A stretch of 49,174 nucleotides of DNA from Escherichia coli (GTDB taxonomy: Bacteria > Pseudomonadota > Gammaproteobacteria > Enterobacterales > Enterobacteriaceae): assembly GCF_003334255.1 (NCBI RefSeq), contig NZ_QOWU01000040.1; one strand, given 5' to 3'. This document shows positions 27,457 through 37,967 of the stretch, in pieces. The notes under the pieces were generated by a model that saw nothing but the letters and a program-made list of their open reading frames with translations, did no database searches and was not told the DNA's origin. The position numbers and the translations under genes are program-made. Position 1 is the first letter of the stretch. Each line of letters opens with the position of its first letter.

Positions 27457-29286
27457 CTACTCTTCGTCATCGCCATCAACATGCGCACGAATCAGCGCCA
27501 TAAACGGTTTGCCAAAGCGTTCCAGCTTGCGCATCCCAACGCCGTTAACGCTGAGCATTTCGCTGGCGGTGATCGGCATCTGTTCAGCCATCTCAATCAA
27601 GGTTGCGTCGTTAAACACCACGTACGGCGGGACATTACTTTCATCGGCTATCGATTTACGCAGTTTGCGTAATTTGGCGAACAGTTTGCGATCATAGTTG
27701 CCGCCGAACGATTTCTGCATCGCTTTCGGTTTGAGCGCCACGATACGCGGCACGGCAAGTTGCAAAGAGGATTCGCCGCGCAGCACCGGGCGCGCGGCCT
27801 CTGTCAGTTGTAGGGCAGAATGCTGGGCAATATTTTGCGTCACCAGGCCGAGGTGAATCAGCTGGCGGATCACGCTCACCCAATGTTCATGGCTTTTATC
27901 ACGGCCCATGCCATAGACTTTCAGTTTGTCATGACCATAGTCGCGGATACGCTGGTTATTAGCACCACGAATCACTTCCACCACATAACCCATCCCAAAC
28001 CGCTGATTCACACGACCAATGGTGGAAAGGGCAATCTGAGCATCGGTTGAACCGTCGTACTGTTTCGGCGGATCGAGGCAGATATCGCAGTTCCCGCACG
28101 GCTCCTGACGCCCTTCGCCAAAATAGTTCAGCAATACCAGACGACGGCAAGTTTGCGCTTCGGCAAACGCGCCCATCGCATTGAGTTTGTGGCGCTCGAT
28201 ATCCTGCAACTGCCCCTGCGGCTTCTCTTCCAGACAACGGCGCAGCCACGCCATATCAGCCGGATCGTAAAACAGCATCGCTTCCGCGGGCAGGCCATCA
28301 CGCCCGGCGCGTCCGGTTTCCTGATAATAGGATTCGATATTGCGCGGAATATCAAAGTGGACCACGAAGCGAACGTTTGGTTTATTGATGCCCATGCCGA
28401 ACGCCACCGTCGCCACCACAATTTGCAGGTCATCGCGCTGGAATTTTTCCTGCACATCGGCGCGAACATTATTTTCCAGCCCGGCATGATAGGCCGCCGC
28501 GCTAATTCCCTTGCTTTGCAGGCGCGCAGCGGTGTCTTCTACTTTCGCGCGGCTGTTGCAGTAGATAATGCCTGACTTACCGCGCTGTTCCTGCACGTAG
28601 CGCATCAACTGATCGAGCGGTTTGAACTTCTCCATCAGCATGTAGCGAATATTCGGACGGTCAAAACTGCTGATTTGAATCAGCGGATCGTTCAGCCCCA
28701 GCAGGCGCACGATATCCTGGCGCGTGGTGTCGTCGGCTGTGGCGGTCAGCGCCATAAACGGCAGCGTCGGGAACCGCTGGCGCAACTGACCGAGCGCGGC
28801 ATATTCCGGGCGGAAATCGTGGCCCCATTGGGAGATACAGTGCGCTTCATCAACGGCTAATAACACCGGATTCCAGTGCGCCAGATGCTCAAGAAAGTTA
28901 TCCAGCATCAGGCGTTCCGGGGCGATATAAAGCAGACGAATTTGCCCGGTGCGGCAGCCTGTCATCACTTCAAGTTGCTGTTCGCGGGTTTGCGTCGAGT
29001 TAAGGCACGCCGCCGCCACGCCGTTGGCTTGCAGTTGATCCACCTGATCTTTCATCAACGAAATCAGCGGTGAAACAACCACGGTAAGGCCGTTTAGCAA
29101 TAAGGCAGGGATTTGATAGCAAAGGGATTTTCCGCCACCAGTGGGCATGACGACGAGGCAATCGCGGCCGGAAAGCACAGTGTCGATAATTTCTTCCTGG
29201 CCGGGGCGAAACTGTTGGTAGCCAAAGGTTTCTTGTAAAACCTGTTTAGCTCCGGACTCCAGATTCAACACTTCCGCCTGCGCCAC
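27457..29286 (-). CDS. recQ: ATP-dependent DNA helicase RecQ
   Basis: Track ORF 27457..29292 begins at a GTG (MNVAQAEV). I recall the protein as 609 aa starting MAQAEV, which corresponds to the second GTG at 29284..29286, with GGGG five nt upstream as Shine-Dalgarno. DEAH helicase, RecQ-C and HRDC regions are evident. Confidence 0.9.
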
Positions 29287-29302
29287 ATTCACCCCGATTG
29301 CC

Positions 29303-29335
29303 TGAAATAAAAACAGGCGCTATTTTCAGCGCCTG
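29303..29335 (-). terminator. Rho-independent terminator of pldA
   Basis: Perfect 8-bp stem CAGGCGCT/AGCGCCTG with a 6-nt loop, followed on the minus strand by TTTTTATTT. Confidence 0.7.
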
Positions 29336-29418
29336 CGCGAGAAACTGCAATGCTTTTAGTCTCTGAGAGGGTAATCCTGGATGCTGGATTCCAGATTTGC
29401 CAACCACTCAACCGTTCA

Positions 29419-30288
29419 TCAAAACAAATCGTTTAGCATAACCCCCACACCGACACGGGTCTGGTTGAAGTTATAGTCGATGAGCGATTCGCCATAGCCG
29501 CTGTAAACCTGAGTATAAAGGCGCACATGTTTGGTGATCGGGTAACTTAAGCCTAACTCCGCGCCGCCGTAGCCGGTGTTCCAGTTGTACTGTCCTTTCG
29601 CACTGAGCACCGCATCACCGAGGTGATAGCCGATTTTAAGCTGGTAGTAACCCATATATTTGGTGATATCCGGGTTATCGTCAGTATTACCCACCACATA
29701 CCACGGCTTCACTTCTACCAGCCAGTTACCGTTTTCTGCCATCAGGCGAGTATAAAGGCGGTTCCAGCTGCGGGAGGTCGGGTCGGAACGCCCGTTAGAG
29801 TCGTGGTTATACCCCATCTCCACATCGCGCAGCGTCCAACCTGCAAAACGGTAATCGGTGGCAAAACCGAGGAACAATTGCGGTTCGTAGTTGGTTTCAC
29901 GAAACGGTGAAGACTCTTCGCTATTGGACAGTTGCCACCAGGATTTTTGCGTATAAGACGCACCCAACACCGAGTTCGGGCCTAAAATCCCACGCCACAG
30001 CGGAAATGCCAGGCTCAACTGAAACTTTACTTCATCCTTACGCGCATTTTCCGCCCAGTCGTAACTGGCAATCGCTTCTTTATTCAGATCGCTGGTTTGG
30101 GTGTAAATGAGGTAGTTGGTGTCATAAGGATAGAGCGTGAACGGATTGTCATGCTCCTGCAGCATATTGGCGATAATACTGCCACGCACCGCTGGCGCGT
30201 CATGCACCTCTTTCACCGTTGCCTCTTGTGCATATACTGCCATAGGCAACATAAACACCGGCAACAACCAGCCCTGCAGAGTCCGCAT
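29419..30288 (-). CDS. pldA: Outer membrane phospholipase A
   Basis: 289-aa ORF with a signal peptide (MRTLQGWLLPVFMLPMAVYAQE); recognised as OMPLA. Confidence 0.95.
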   Translation of the reverse strand: MRTLQGWLLPVFMLPMAVYAQEATVKEVHDAPAVRGSIIANMLQEHDNPFTLYPYDTNYLIYTQTSDLNKEAIASYDWAENARKDEVKFQLSLAFPLWRGILGPNSVLGASYTQKSWWQLSNSEESSPFRETNYEPQLFLGFATDYRFAGWTLRDVEMGYNHDSNGRSDPTSRSWNRLYTRLMAENGNWLVEVKPWYVVGNTDDNPDITKYMGYYQLKIGYHLGDAVLSAKGQYNWNTGYGGAELGLSYPITKHVRLYTQVYSGYGESLIDYNFNQTRVGVGVMLNDLF

Positions 30289-30452
30289 CGGTCGTGTTCT
30301 CCGTAACGAATTATTGATAAGGTGAATATTTTTCTGCGGGCTATTTTACATACTTAACTCCATAGCCGTTAGTTATCCCTTCCTAAAGTAGAAACCAACA
30401 ACAAAGAAGCATAAAATCAACATTTCATTAACCAATGAAGTGTAAGGATGAT

Positions 30453-30920
30453 ATGTCTGCCGTACTGACCGCTGAACAAGCCCTGAAATTAGTGGGTGAG
30501 ATGTTTGTTTATCACATGCCATTTAACCGCGCATTGGGGATGGAACTGGAGCGTTACGAAAAAGAGTTCGCACAGCTGGCCTTTAAAAATCAGCCAATGA
30601 TGGTGGGCAACTGGGCGCAAAGCATTTTGCACGGCGGGGTCATTGCGTCGGCGCTGGATGTCGCCGCCGGTCTGGTGTGCGTGGGAAGTACCTTAACCCG
30701 CCACGAAACCATCAGTGAAGATGAACTACGCCAGCGGCTATCGCGGATGGGGACCATTGATCTTCGCGTTGATTATCTGCGCCCAGGCAGGGGCGAGCGT
30801 TTTACTGCTACTAGTAGCCTGTTGCGTGCAGGCAATAAAGTCGCCGTCGCCCGCGTTGAATTACACAATGAAGAACAGCTTTATATTGCCAGTGCCACCG
30901 CCACCTATATGGTAGGTTGA
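30453..30920 (+). CDS. yigI: Hotdog-fold (PaaI/4HBT family) acyl-CoA thioesterase
   Basis: Track ORF 30435..30920. Start trimmed to the ATG at 30453 ([18 protein letters not shown]), 155 aa. Confidence 0.85.
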   Translation: MSAVLTAEQALKLVGEMFVYHMPFNRALGMELERYEKEFAQLAFKNQPMMVGNWAQSILHGGVIASALDVAAGLVCVGSTLTRHETISEDELRQRLSRMGTIDLRVDYLRPGRGERFTATSSLLRAGNKVAVARVELHNEEQLYIASATATYMVG

Positions 30921-30971
30921 AGACATAAAAGCAGGTAAACTGCTGTTACCAATTAAAAATGAGTATTCCCG

Positions 30972-31862
30972 ATGGATGCAAAACAAACGCGGCAGGGCGT
31001 ATTACTCGCTCTTGCCGCTTATTTTATTTGGGGTATAGCGCCAGCGTACTTCAAGTTGATTTACTACGTGCCCGCCGATGAAATCCTGACGCATCGCGTG
31101 ATCTGGTCGTTTTTCTTTATGGTGGTGCTGATGAGCATTTGCCGCCAGTGGTCCTATTTAAAAACGCTGATTCAGACGCCACAGAAAATTTTTATGCTGG
31201 CAGTCTCTGCCGTGCTGATTGGTGGCAACTGGCTACTGTTTATCTGGGCGGTGAACAATCACCATATGCTGGAAGCGAGCCTTGGTTACTTTATTAACCC
31301 GCTGGTGAACATTGTGCTGGGGATGATTTTCCTCGGCGAGCGATTCCGCCGGATGCAATGGCTGGCGGTGATTCTGGCGATATGTGGCGTGTTAGTCCAG
31401 CTGTGGACTTTTGGTTCGCTACCTATTATCGCGCTGGGACTGGCATTTAGTTTTGCCTTCTACGGTCTGGTACGCAAGAAGATTGCCGTTGAAGCGCAAA
31501 CCGGCATGTTAATCGAAACCATGTGGCTGCTGCCCGTGGCGGCAATTTACCTGTTTGCTATTGCCGACAGCTCAACCAGCCATATGGGGCAAAACCCGAT
31601 GTCGCTGAATTTACTGCTGATCGCCGCCGGTATTGTCACTACCGTACCGCTGTTGTGTTTTACCGCCGCTGCCACGCGCTTGCGTCTCTCAACGTTAGGC
31701 TTTTTCCAGTACATTGGCCCGACGCTGATGTTCCTGCTGGCTGTGACGTTTTATGGTGAAAAACCGGGTGCCGATAAGATGGTGACTTTCGCCTTTATTT
31801 GGGTGGCGCTGGCAATTTTTGTGATGGATGCGATTTATACGCAGCGTAGAACGTCCAAATAA
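30972..31862 (+). CDS. rarD: EamA/DMT-family membrane protein RarD
   Basis: 296-aa polytopic membrane ORF starting MDAKQTRQGVLLALAAYFIWGIAPAYFKL. Confidence 0.95.
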   Translation: MDAKQTRQGVLLALAAYFIWGIAPAYFKLIYYVPADEILTHRVIWSFFFMVVLMSICRQWSYLKTLIQTPQKIFMLAVSAVLIGGNWLLFIWAVNNHHMLEASLGYFINPLVNIVLGMIFLGERFRRMQWLAVILAICGVLVQLWTFGSLPIIALGLAFSFAFYGLVRKKIAVEAQTGMLIETMWLLPVAAIYLFAIADSSTSHMGQNPMSLNLLLIAAGIVTTVPLLCFTAAATRLRLSTLGFFQYIGPTLMFLLAVTFYGEKPGADKMVTFAFIWVALAIFVMDAIYTQRRTSK

Positions 31863-31956
31863 AAAATAAATATATTCTGAAAAAATATGCCGACTCTTGC
31901 ATGAGAGTGGGCATATTGCCATGCTGACCGGAGACTCATACAAGGATGTAAAATTT

Positions 31957-32337
31957 ATGTTACGTATATTTATCCCAACATCTAACGGTAAGATTTCCAG
32001 ACGTCGTTATATATTTTCATTTATTTTAATAAATTTCATTTTTGCCTTTCTTATTATCTTTTTTAACGATGGAGAAGCAGGCTTTCTTGTTATAGTCTCT
32101 ACCATCGTACTCCATTATCTCGTCATCAACATGAATTGCCAGCGACTCCGTGATAGTGGTTTCATCTATATAAAAACTTATGTTTTTGGTACATTAGCAG
32201 TATATATCATCTCTATCATCACAATGATAGCCGAAGATTTTGCCTGTTCAGGCAATGGTTCGATGATTTTTTTGATTTGTTATTTTTCCACTTTCAGTAT
32301 GCTAATGCTTGCACCTACTGATTCATCAAAACAATAG
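31957..32337 (+). CDS. yigG: Small inner-membrane protein of unknown function (YigG)
   Basis: Track ORF 31897..32337. I recall yigG as 126 aa, which matches the ATG at 31957 ([18 protein letters not shown]); alternative starts are 31897 and 31921. Very AT-rich and hydrophobic. Confidence 0.6.
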
Positions 32338-32350
32338 TTATGGAGTATTT

Positions 32351-32731
32351 ATGAGTAAGGAATATATGAACGATGGTTCATTAAGTGAAAAATGGAAATA
32401 CCGATTTAATTTTTATGATCAACATGGTTTTCCTGGATTCTGGGGGGCAACACCAGAATATAAAGCAGCATTTAAAGCATTAAAAGTAAGACAACGCTTA
32501 ACTATTCAAATGAATTTCATTGCTTTCTTCTGTTCCTGGATATATTTATTTGTCCTGGGGTTATGGAAAAAAGCAATTATAGTTCTATTACTTGGTATTC
32601 TATCTCTATTTGTTGGTGCACTAATTGGCGTTAACATTCTGGGAATTGCCGTAGCAGCCTATGTTGCTGTTAACACGAACAAATGGTTCTATGAGAAAGA
32701 GGTAAAAGGGTTAAATACCTGGAGCCTTTGA
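32351..32731 (+). CDS. yigF: Small inner-membrane protein of unknown function (YigF; DUF2628-like as I recall)
   Basis: Track ORF 32309..32731. Start trimmed to the ATG at 32351 (MSKEYMNDGSLSEKWKY), preceded by GGAG, giving 126 aa. Confidence 0.65.
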   Translation: MSKEYMNDGSLSEKWKYRFNFYDQHGFPGFWGATPEYKAAFKALKVRQRLTIQMNFIAFFCSWIYLFVLGLWKKAIIVLLLGILSLFVGALIGVNILGIAVAAYVAVNTNKWFYEKEVKGLNTWSL

Positions 32732-32737
32732 ATAACA

Positions 32738-32775
32738 GGTGGCTTAGCCAGACTAAGCCACCGCTCTCGTTTTTT
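32738..32775. terminator. Hairpin terminator between convergent yigF and corA
   Basis: GGTGGCTTAG-CCAGA-CTAAGCCACC 10-bp stem followed by GCTCTCGTTTTTT; the T-run overlaps the corA stop codon. Confidence 0.65.
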
Positions 32776-33724
32776 ACAACCAGTTCTTCCGCTTAAAGTA
32801 CAGATACGGTGCCAGGCCCGCGAGGATCATAAAGATAATCGCGCCAGGGTAGCCGAAGCTCCACTTCAGTTCTGGCATAAACTCAAAGTTCATGCCATAG
32901 CTGGAAGCAACGAGCGTCGGCGGCAGGAATACCACGGATACCACCGAGAAGATTTTGATGATGCGGTTCTGCTCGATGTTGATAAAACCCATTGCCGCCT
33001 GCATCAGGAAGTTCACCTTCTGGAACAGGGATTCGTTATGCGGCAGCAGGGATTCGATATCTCGCAGGATTTCACGCGCCTGCTCCAGTTGCCCACCCGG
33101 TAAACGCGCTTTACGCACCAGGAAGTTGAGCGCGCGCTGGGTATCCATCAGACACAGGCGAACTTTCCAGCCGATATCTTCCAGTTCCGCCAGAGTGGAG
33201 AGCGCCTCGTCGTACTCATCGCCCTGATGCCCTTCCATAATCACCCGGCTCAACTGCTCCAGGTCGCTATAGATATTTTCAATTTCATCTGCCAACTGTT
33301 CGATTTTGGTTTCGAACAGATCCAGCAGCAACTCGTAGGCGTTACCGTCTACCATCGACTGGCTACGGGCACGCATACGATACAGACGAAAAGCGGGCAG
33401 TTCACGCTCACGCAGAGTAAACAGACGACCATCACGGATGGTAAATGCCACAGTGGAGTTACCGGCGTGATCTTCCGCATCTTCAAAGAAGAAGAAGGAG
33501 TGAATATGCAGGCCGTCGTCGTCTTCAAAGAAACGTGCCGATGCTTCGATGTCTTCCAGTTCCGGGCGGGTTGCCAGGCTCTGGCCAAGTTCAGATTGTA
33601 CGCGCAGTCGCTCGTCGTCGTCCGGTTCGACAAGATCAATCCATACTGCATTTACAAGGGGTTGTGACTCTTCGACTTCCAGCCGGGTCAGTCGGTTATT
33701 TTCCAGTTGAAATGCGCTCAGCAT
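32774..33724 (-). CDS. corA: Magnesium/cobalt transport protein CorA
   Basis: Track ORF 32774..33739. Start trimmed to the internal ATG ([17 protein letters not shown]), 316 aa. C-terminal YGMNF motif present. Confidence 0.95.
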   Translation of the reverse strand: MLSAFQLENNRLTRLEVEESQPLVNAVWIDLVEPDDDERLRVQSELGQSLATRPELEDIEASARFFEDDDGLHIHSFFFFEDAEDHAGNSTVAFTIRDGRLFTLRERELPAFRLYRMRARSQSMVDGNAYELLLDLFETKIEQLADEIENIYSDLEQLSRVIMEGHQGDEYDEALSTLAELEDIGWKVRLCLMDTQRALNFLVRKARLPGGQLEQAREILRDIESLLPHNESLFQKVNFLMQAAMGFINIEQNRIIKIFSVVSVVFLPPTLVASSYGMNFEFMPELKWSFGYPGAIIFMILAGLAPYLYFKRKNWL

Positions 33725-34093
33725 GACCGGGACTCCCAATGCTTAAAATATCGGACAGTTCGGTGGGCACACAGAAACAAATTGGGTTTCAGACCATTAA
33801 ACAGCCTGACTCAGCGCGACGGGAAAAATTGAGGTCGCTGACAACCGCTAAGGCTATCAGCAAAAAGGGATAGCCTTAGGAGTTGATCCTGGATGACAGG
33901 ATAGTGAGCCAGTATCTACTGGGTGTGTCCAAGGCGAATGTCCTCTTAGAGTGATCGTGCGCGCATGTTACGCCAGCAAAATTTTGCCGTCAACACGCAA
34001 CAGAACACCACAGAACAATAGTTGAACTTCGCGCTTTTTGGTACTCGTCAAGGTCGCTAACAGGATAAAAAAATCCCACATCCAGGACCTATA

Positions 34094-34858
34094 ATGGCGC
34101 ATCAGCTACTCATTGGTAAAGGAATGATCACCTTGAATCTCAAACGGATTTTTCTCGCCCTCACCTTACTTCCCTTGTTTGCTGTTGCCGCTGATGATTG
34201 CGCACTCTCAGATCCGACGCTGACCGTACAGGCGTATACCGTTAATCCTCAAACAGAGCGGGTGAAAATGTACTGGCAAAAAGCCAATGGCGAAGCGTGG
34301 GGAACGTTACATGCTCTGCTGGCGGATATTAATAGTCAGGGTCAGGTGCAGATGGCGATGAACGGCGGCATCTATGATGAAAGCTATGCGCCGCTCGGTT
34401 TGTACATCGAAAACGGTCAGCAGAAGGTGGCGTTAAATCTCGCTTCAGGTGAAGGGAATTTCTTTATCCGTCCTGGCGGCGTGTTTTATGTCGCGGGAGA
34501 TAAAGTCGGCATCGTTCGTCTGGATGCCTTCAAAACCAGTAAAGAGATTCAGTTTGCGGTGCAGTCAGGGCCAATGTTGATGGAAAACGGTGTAATTAAT
34601 CCGCGTATTCATCCCAACGTCGCCTCAAGCAAAATTCGTAACGGTGTTGGGATTAATAAACATGGGAACGCCGTGTTTTTGTTGAGCCAGCAGGCAACAA
34701 ATTTTTATGATTTTGCCTGTTATGCCAAAGCGAAACTGAACGTTGAGCAGCTGCTTTATCTTGATGGCACGATTTCACATATGTATATGAAAGGCGGGGC
34801 AATCCCGTGGCAACGCTATCCTTTTGTCACCATGATTTCCGTCGAGCGGAAAGGTTAA
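34094..34858 (+). CDS. yigE: Secreted/periplasmic protein of unknown function (YigE, DUF2233-like as I recall)
   Basis: 254-aa ORF; a signal-peptide-like segment (LKRIFLALTLLPLFAVAADD) follows a short N-terminal extension, so the true start may be an internal ATG. Confidence 0.8.
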   Translation: MAHQLLIGKGMITLNLKRIFLALTLLPLFAVAADDCALSDPTLTVQAYTVNPQTERVKMYWQKANGEAWGTLHALLADINSQGQVQMAMNGGIYDESYAPLGLYIENGQQKVALNLASGEGNFFIRPGGVFYVAGDKVGIVRLDAFKTSKEIQFAVQSGPMLMENGVINPRIHPNVASSKIRNGVGINKHGNAVFLLSQQATNFYDFACYAKAKLNVEQLLYLDGTISHMYMKGGAIPWQRYPFVTMISVERKG

Positions 34859-34897
34859 AACGATAGTTTTGTGTCAGATACTGAAGATGGCGCAGAT

Positions 34898-35005
34898 GCC
34901 GGATGCGGCGTAAACGCCCTATCCGGCCTACATGACGTTGCAATTTATTGAATCTGAATGATTTTTTAGGCCAAATAAGGTGCGCAGCACCGCATCCGGC
35001 AACGT
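34898..35005. repeat. REP pair (BIME) between yigE and the uvrD 3' end
   Basis: GCCGGATGCGGCGTAAACGCCCTATCCGGCCTAC at 34898..34931 and an inverted partial copy GCGCAGCACCGCATCCGGCAACG at 34983..35005. Confidence 0.7.
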
Positions 35006-37167
35006 TACACCGACTCCAGCCGGGCGTATGCCGCCACCAGCCATTTAATACCCTGGCCCTGAAATGCCACCTGCAAACGGCTATGCTCACCGCTGCCTTC
35101 CATATTGACAATGGTGCCTTCACCAAACTTAGCGTGGCGTACGCGCTGGCCGAGCTTGTAGCCGCTGTCGTTCTCGACCATCGGCGTACCCATCCGCTGA
35201 TGGCTGACCGGGCGGCTTACCGTGGCGCGCAGGCGCACCTCTTCCACACACTCTTCCGGCAGCTCGCCGATAAAGCGCGACGGGCGATGGTAAACCTCTT
35301 TACCATACAGACGGCGGGTTTCCGCGTAGGTCAGCGTCAGTTTCTGCATCGCGCGGGTTACGCCAACGTAGGCCAGACGGCGTTCTTCTTCCAGACGCCC
35401 GCCTTCATCCAGCGACATCTGGCTTGGGAACATGCCCTCTTCCATACCAACGATAAACACCTGCGGGAACTCCAGGCCTTTCGCCGAGTGTAGCGTCATC
35501 AACTGCACCGCATCCTGCCAGGTATCCGCCTGCCCTTCACCTGCTTCCAGTGCCGCATGGGAGAGGAACGCCTGCAGCGGCATTAAATCTTCGTCTTCTT
35601 CGTTGTAGCTGAACTGGCGCGTTGCCGTCACCAGTTCCTCTAAGTTTTCGATACGCGTCTGACCTTTTTCGCCCTTCTCCTGCTCATACATGGTACGCAG
35701 GCCGGAGTCTTTAATTACCCGGTCAGTCTGTACATGCAGCGGCATATCGGCAGTTTCCTGCGCTAAGGCGTCGATTAATTCCATAAATCGCTGCAAGGCG
35801 CTGGCAGCTCGCCCGGCGAGGGCTTTTTCCTGCAACAGCTCACGACATGCCTGCCAGAGTGTTAACTGGCGATCGCGCGATGTCTGACGTACCACGTCCA
35901 GCGTCCGGTCACCAATACCCCGCGTTGGCGTATTCACCACACGCTCAAAGGCCGCGTCGTCGTTGCGGTTGGCAATCAGGCGCAGATACGAGAGCGCATC
36001 TTTGATTTCCTGGCGTTCGAAGAAGCGCATCCCGCCGTAAATACGGTACGGCATACTGGCCTGCAATAACGCCTCTTCGAGCACCCGCGACTGGGCGTTG
36101 CTGCGGTAGAGAATGGCGCACTCGGCAAGCGCTCCGCCGTTGTCCTGCCAGGTTTTGATGCGGTTAACCACAAAACGCGCTTCATCGAGTTCGTTAAAAG
36201 CGCAATAGAGGGAAATAGGCTCACCGTCCGCGCCATCGGTCCACAGTTTTTTACCCAGACGCCCGTTATTGTTTTCAATCAGGGCGTTAGCGGCGCTCAG
36301 AATATTGCTGGTAGAGCGGTAGTTTTGCTCCAGACGAATAGTTTCGGCACCGGGGAAATCATTAAGGAAACGCTGAATATTCTCCACCTGCGCCCCGCGC
36401 CAGCCGTAGATTGACTGGTCGTCATCACCGACGATCATCACTTTGCCGGTGTCGCCCGCCAGCAGGCGGATCCACGCGTACTGAATGTTGTTGGTATCCT
36501 GGAATTCGTCCACCAGGATATTGGTAAAACGTTCGCGGTAGTGTTGCAGGATATGCGGCTTGTTAAGCCACAACTCGTGAGCGCGCAGCAGCAGCTCGGC
36601 GAAGTCCACCAGGCCCGCGCGGTCACACGCTTCCTGATACGCCTGATACACCTTCTGCCAGGTCTGCTCCACCGGATTACCGTAGCTTTGAATATGATGC
36701 GGACGCAGGCCTTCATCTTTCTGGCTGTTGATGTACCACATTGCCTGCCGCGGCGGCCACTGCTTCTCGTCGAGGTTCATGGCTTTGATCAGACGCTTAA
36801 GCAGGCGTAGCTGGTCTTCACTGTCGAGGATCTGGAAATCCTGCGGCAGATTGGCGTCCATATGGTGCGCACGCAGCAAACGGTGCGCCAGCCCGTGGAA
36901 GGTGCCGACCCACATACCGCCCTGGCTCGTGCCCATCAGTTGCCCGATACGATGACGCATCTCCGCCGCCGCTTTGTTGGTAAACGTCACCGCCATAATC
37001 GAGTATGGCGAGCAGTTTTCCACGCTCATCAACCAGGCGATACGATGCACCAGTACGCGCGTCTTACCACTGCCCGCGCCCGCCAGCACCAGAAGGTTGC
37101 TGCGTGGCGCGGCCACCGCTTCGCGCTGTTTGTCATTAAGGCTGTCGAGCAGGTAAGAAACGTCCAT
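35005..37167 (-). CDS. uvrD: DNA helicase II
   Basis: Track ORF 35005..37356. Start trimmed to the internal ATG (MDVSYLLDSLNDKQREAV), 720 aa. Walker A motif GAGSGKT present. Confidence 0.95.
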   Translation of the reverse strand: MDVSYLLDSLNDKQREAVAAPRSNLLVLAGAGSGKTRVLVHRIAWLMSVENCSPYSIMAVTFTNKAAAEMRHRIGQLMGTSQGGMWVGTFHGLAHRLLRAHHMDANLPQDFQILDSEDQLRLLKRLIKAMNLDEKQWPPRQAMWYINSQKDEGLRPHHIQSYGNPVEQTWQKVYQAYQEACDRAGLVDFAELLLRAHELWLNKPHILQHYRERFTNILVDEFQDTNNIQYAWIRLLAGDTGKVMIVGDDDQSIYGWRGAQVENIQRFLNDFPGAETIRLEQNYRSTSNILSAANALIENNNGRLGKKLWTDGADGEPISLYCAFNELDEARFVVNRIKTWQDNGGALAECAILYRSNAQSRVLEEALLQASMPYRIYGGMRFFERQEIKDALSYLRLIANRNDDAAFERVVNTPTRGIGDRTLDVVRQTSRDRQLTLWQACRELLQEKALAGRAASALQRFMELIDALAQETADMPLHVQTDRVIKDSGLRTMYEQEKGEKGQTRIENLEELVTATRQFSYNEEDEDLMPLQAFLSHAALEAGEGQADTWQDAVQLMTLHSAKGLEFPQVFIVGMEEGMFPSQMSLDEGGRLEEERRLAYVGVTRAMQKLTLTYAETRRLYGKEVYHRPSRFIGELPEECVEEVRLRATVSRPVSHQRMGTPMVENDSGYKLGQRVRHAKFGEGTIVNMEGSGEHSRLQVAFQGQGIKWLVAAYARLESV

Positions 37168-37225
37168 TGGCACCGCCGCGTAAAAATAGGTTGGGCGGAG
37201 AAGCGCAACGCCCTCCGCCAAAAAG

Positions 37226-37241
37226 CTGGGTATATATACAG
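37226..37241 (-). promoter_or_regulatory. LexA (SOS) box of the uvrD promoter
   Basis: Minus strand reads CTGTATATATACCCAG, matching the CTGT-N8-ACAG consensus, about 60 bp upstream of the uvrD ATG. Confidence 0.8.
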
Positions 37242-37250
37242 ATTTGCTGA

Positions 37251-37967
37251 TTATATCAGCGAGGTCAGAGATGCCAACCGGGAAATTTCCAGATGCGGCA
37301 GTAAACGGCTGTCCCAGGTTTGCATCAGATCGCCATTTTCCGGTCTGATCCAACAAGCCTGCATTCCGCTGCGAATTGCCCCACCCACGTCAGTGGTGAG
37401 ATCGTCCCCAACATGTAAGATCTCGCCGATCGGCACGTTGAGTTTTTCCGCAGCCAAAAAGTACATATCGCTGAACGGTTTTGAGCGCCCGTGCGGGCCA
37501 GCGCGCAGCACAAACTCAAAATAATCCCCCAAACCAAACAGCTCCGGCTGGGCGTTACCGTTGGTGATCGCCACCAGCGGCCATTTCTTCGCCAGCTGTT
37601 TTAAGGTGTCGTGAGTTTGCTGCGGGACGTCGATTCGGCTGCGCCATTTGGCAAAGTTGATCATTGCTGCGTGTGCGCCTGCACTGGCTTCTTCGGCACT
37701 CAGCCCGGCGTCGAGCATCGCTTGTTCAATCGAACGAAAACGCCAGCGCGTCACGTCGTGATAAATCTCGGGTTCCGCTTCCCGTACCGCCTGGCGCAGG
37801 CGTTGCAGATCTTCATTCTGGAAGCTGCGCAGCGCCGGATGATAATTTTGCACAAAGGTAAGCGCCTCTCGCTCGGTGCGCAAAATCACCGGACGGTTAT
37901 CGTAAAGGGTATCATCCAGGTCAAAGGTGAGCGCCGAGATGCGCCCCAAAGGCCGGTAAAAACGCAT
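37251..37967 (-). CDS. yigB: HAD-family phosphatase YigB (recalled as 5-amino-6-(5-phospho-D-ribitylamino)uracil phosphatase)
   Basis: 238-aa ORF starting [24 protein letters not shown] (HAD DxD motif). Confidence 0.9.

Noticed and set aside
27457-37167. Two helicases (recQ, uvrD) plus a phospholipase (pldA) as a possible defence island
   Set aside because: All are well-known core DNA-repair or envelope genes at their usual chromosomal positions, separated by unrelated housekeeping genes. Composition is host-like except for the yigG-yigF islet.
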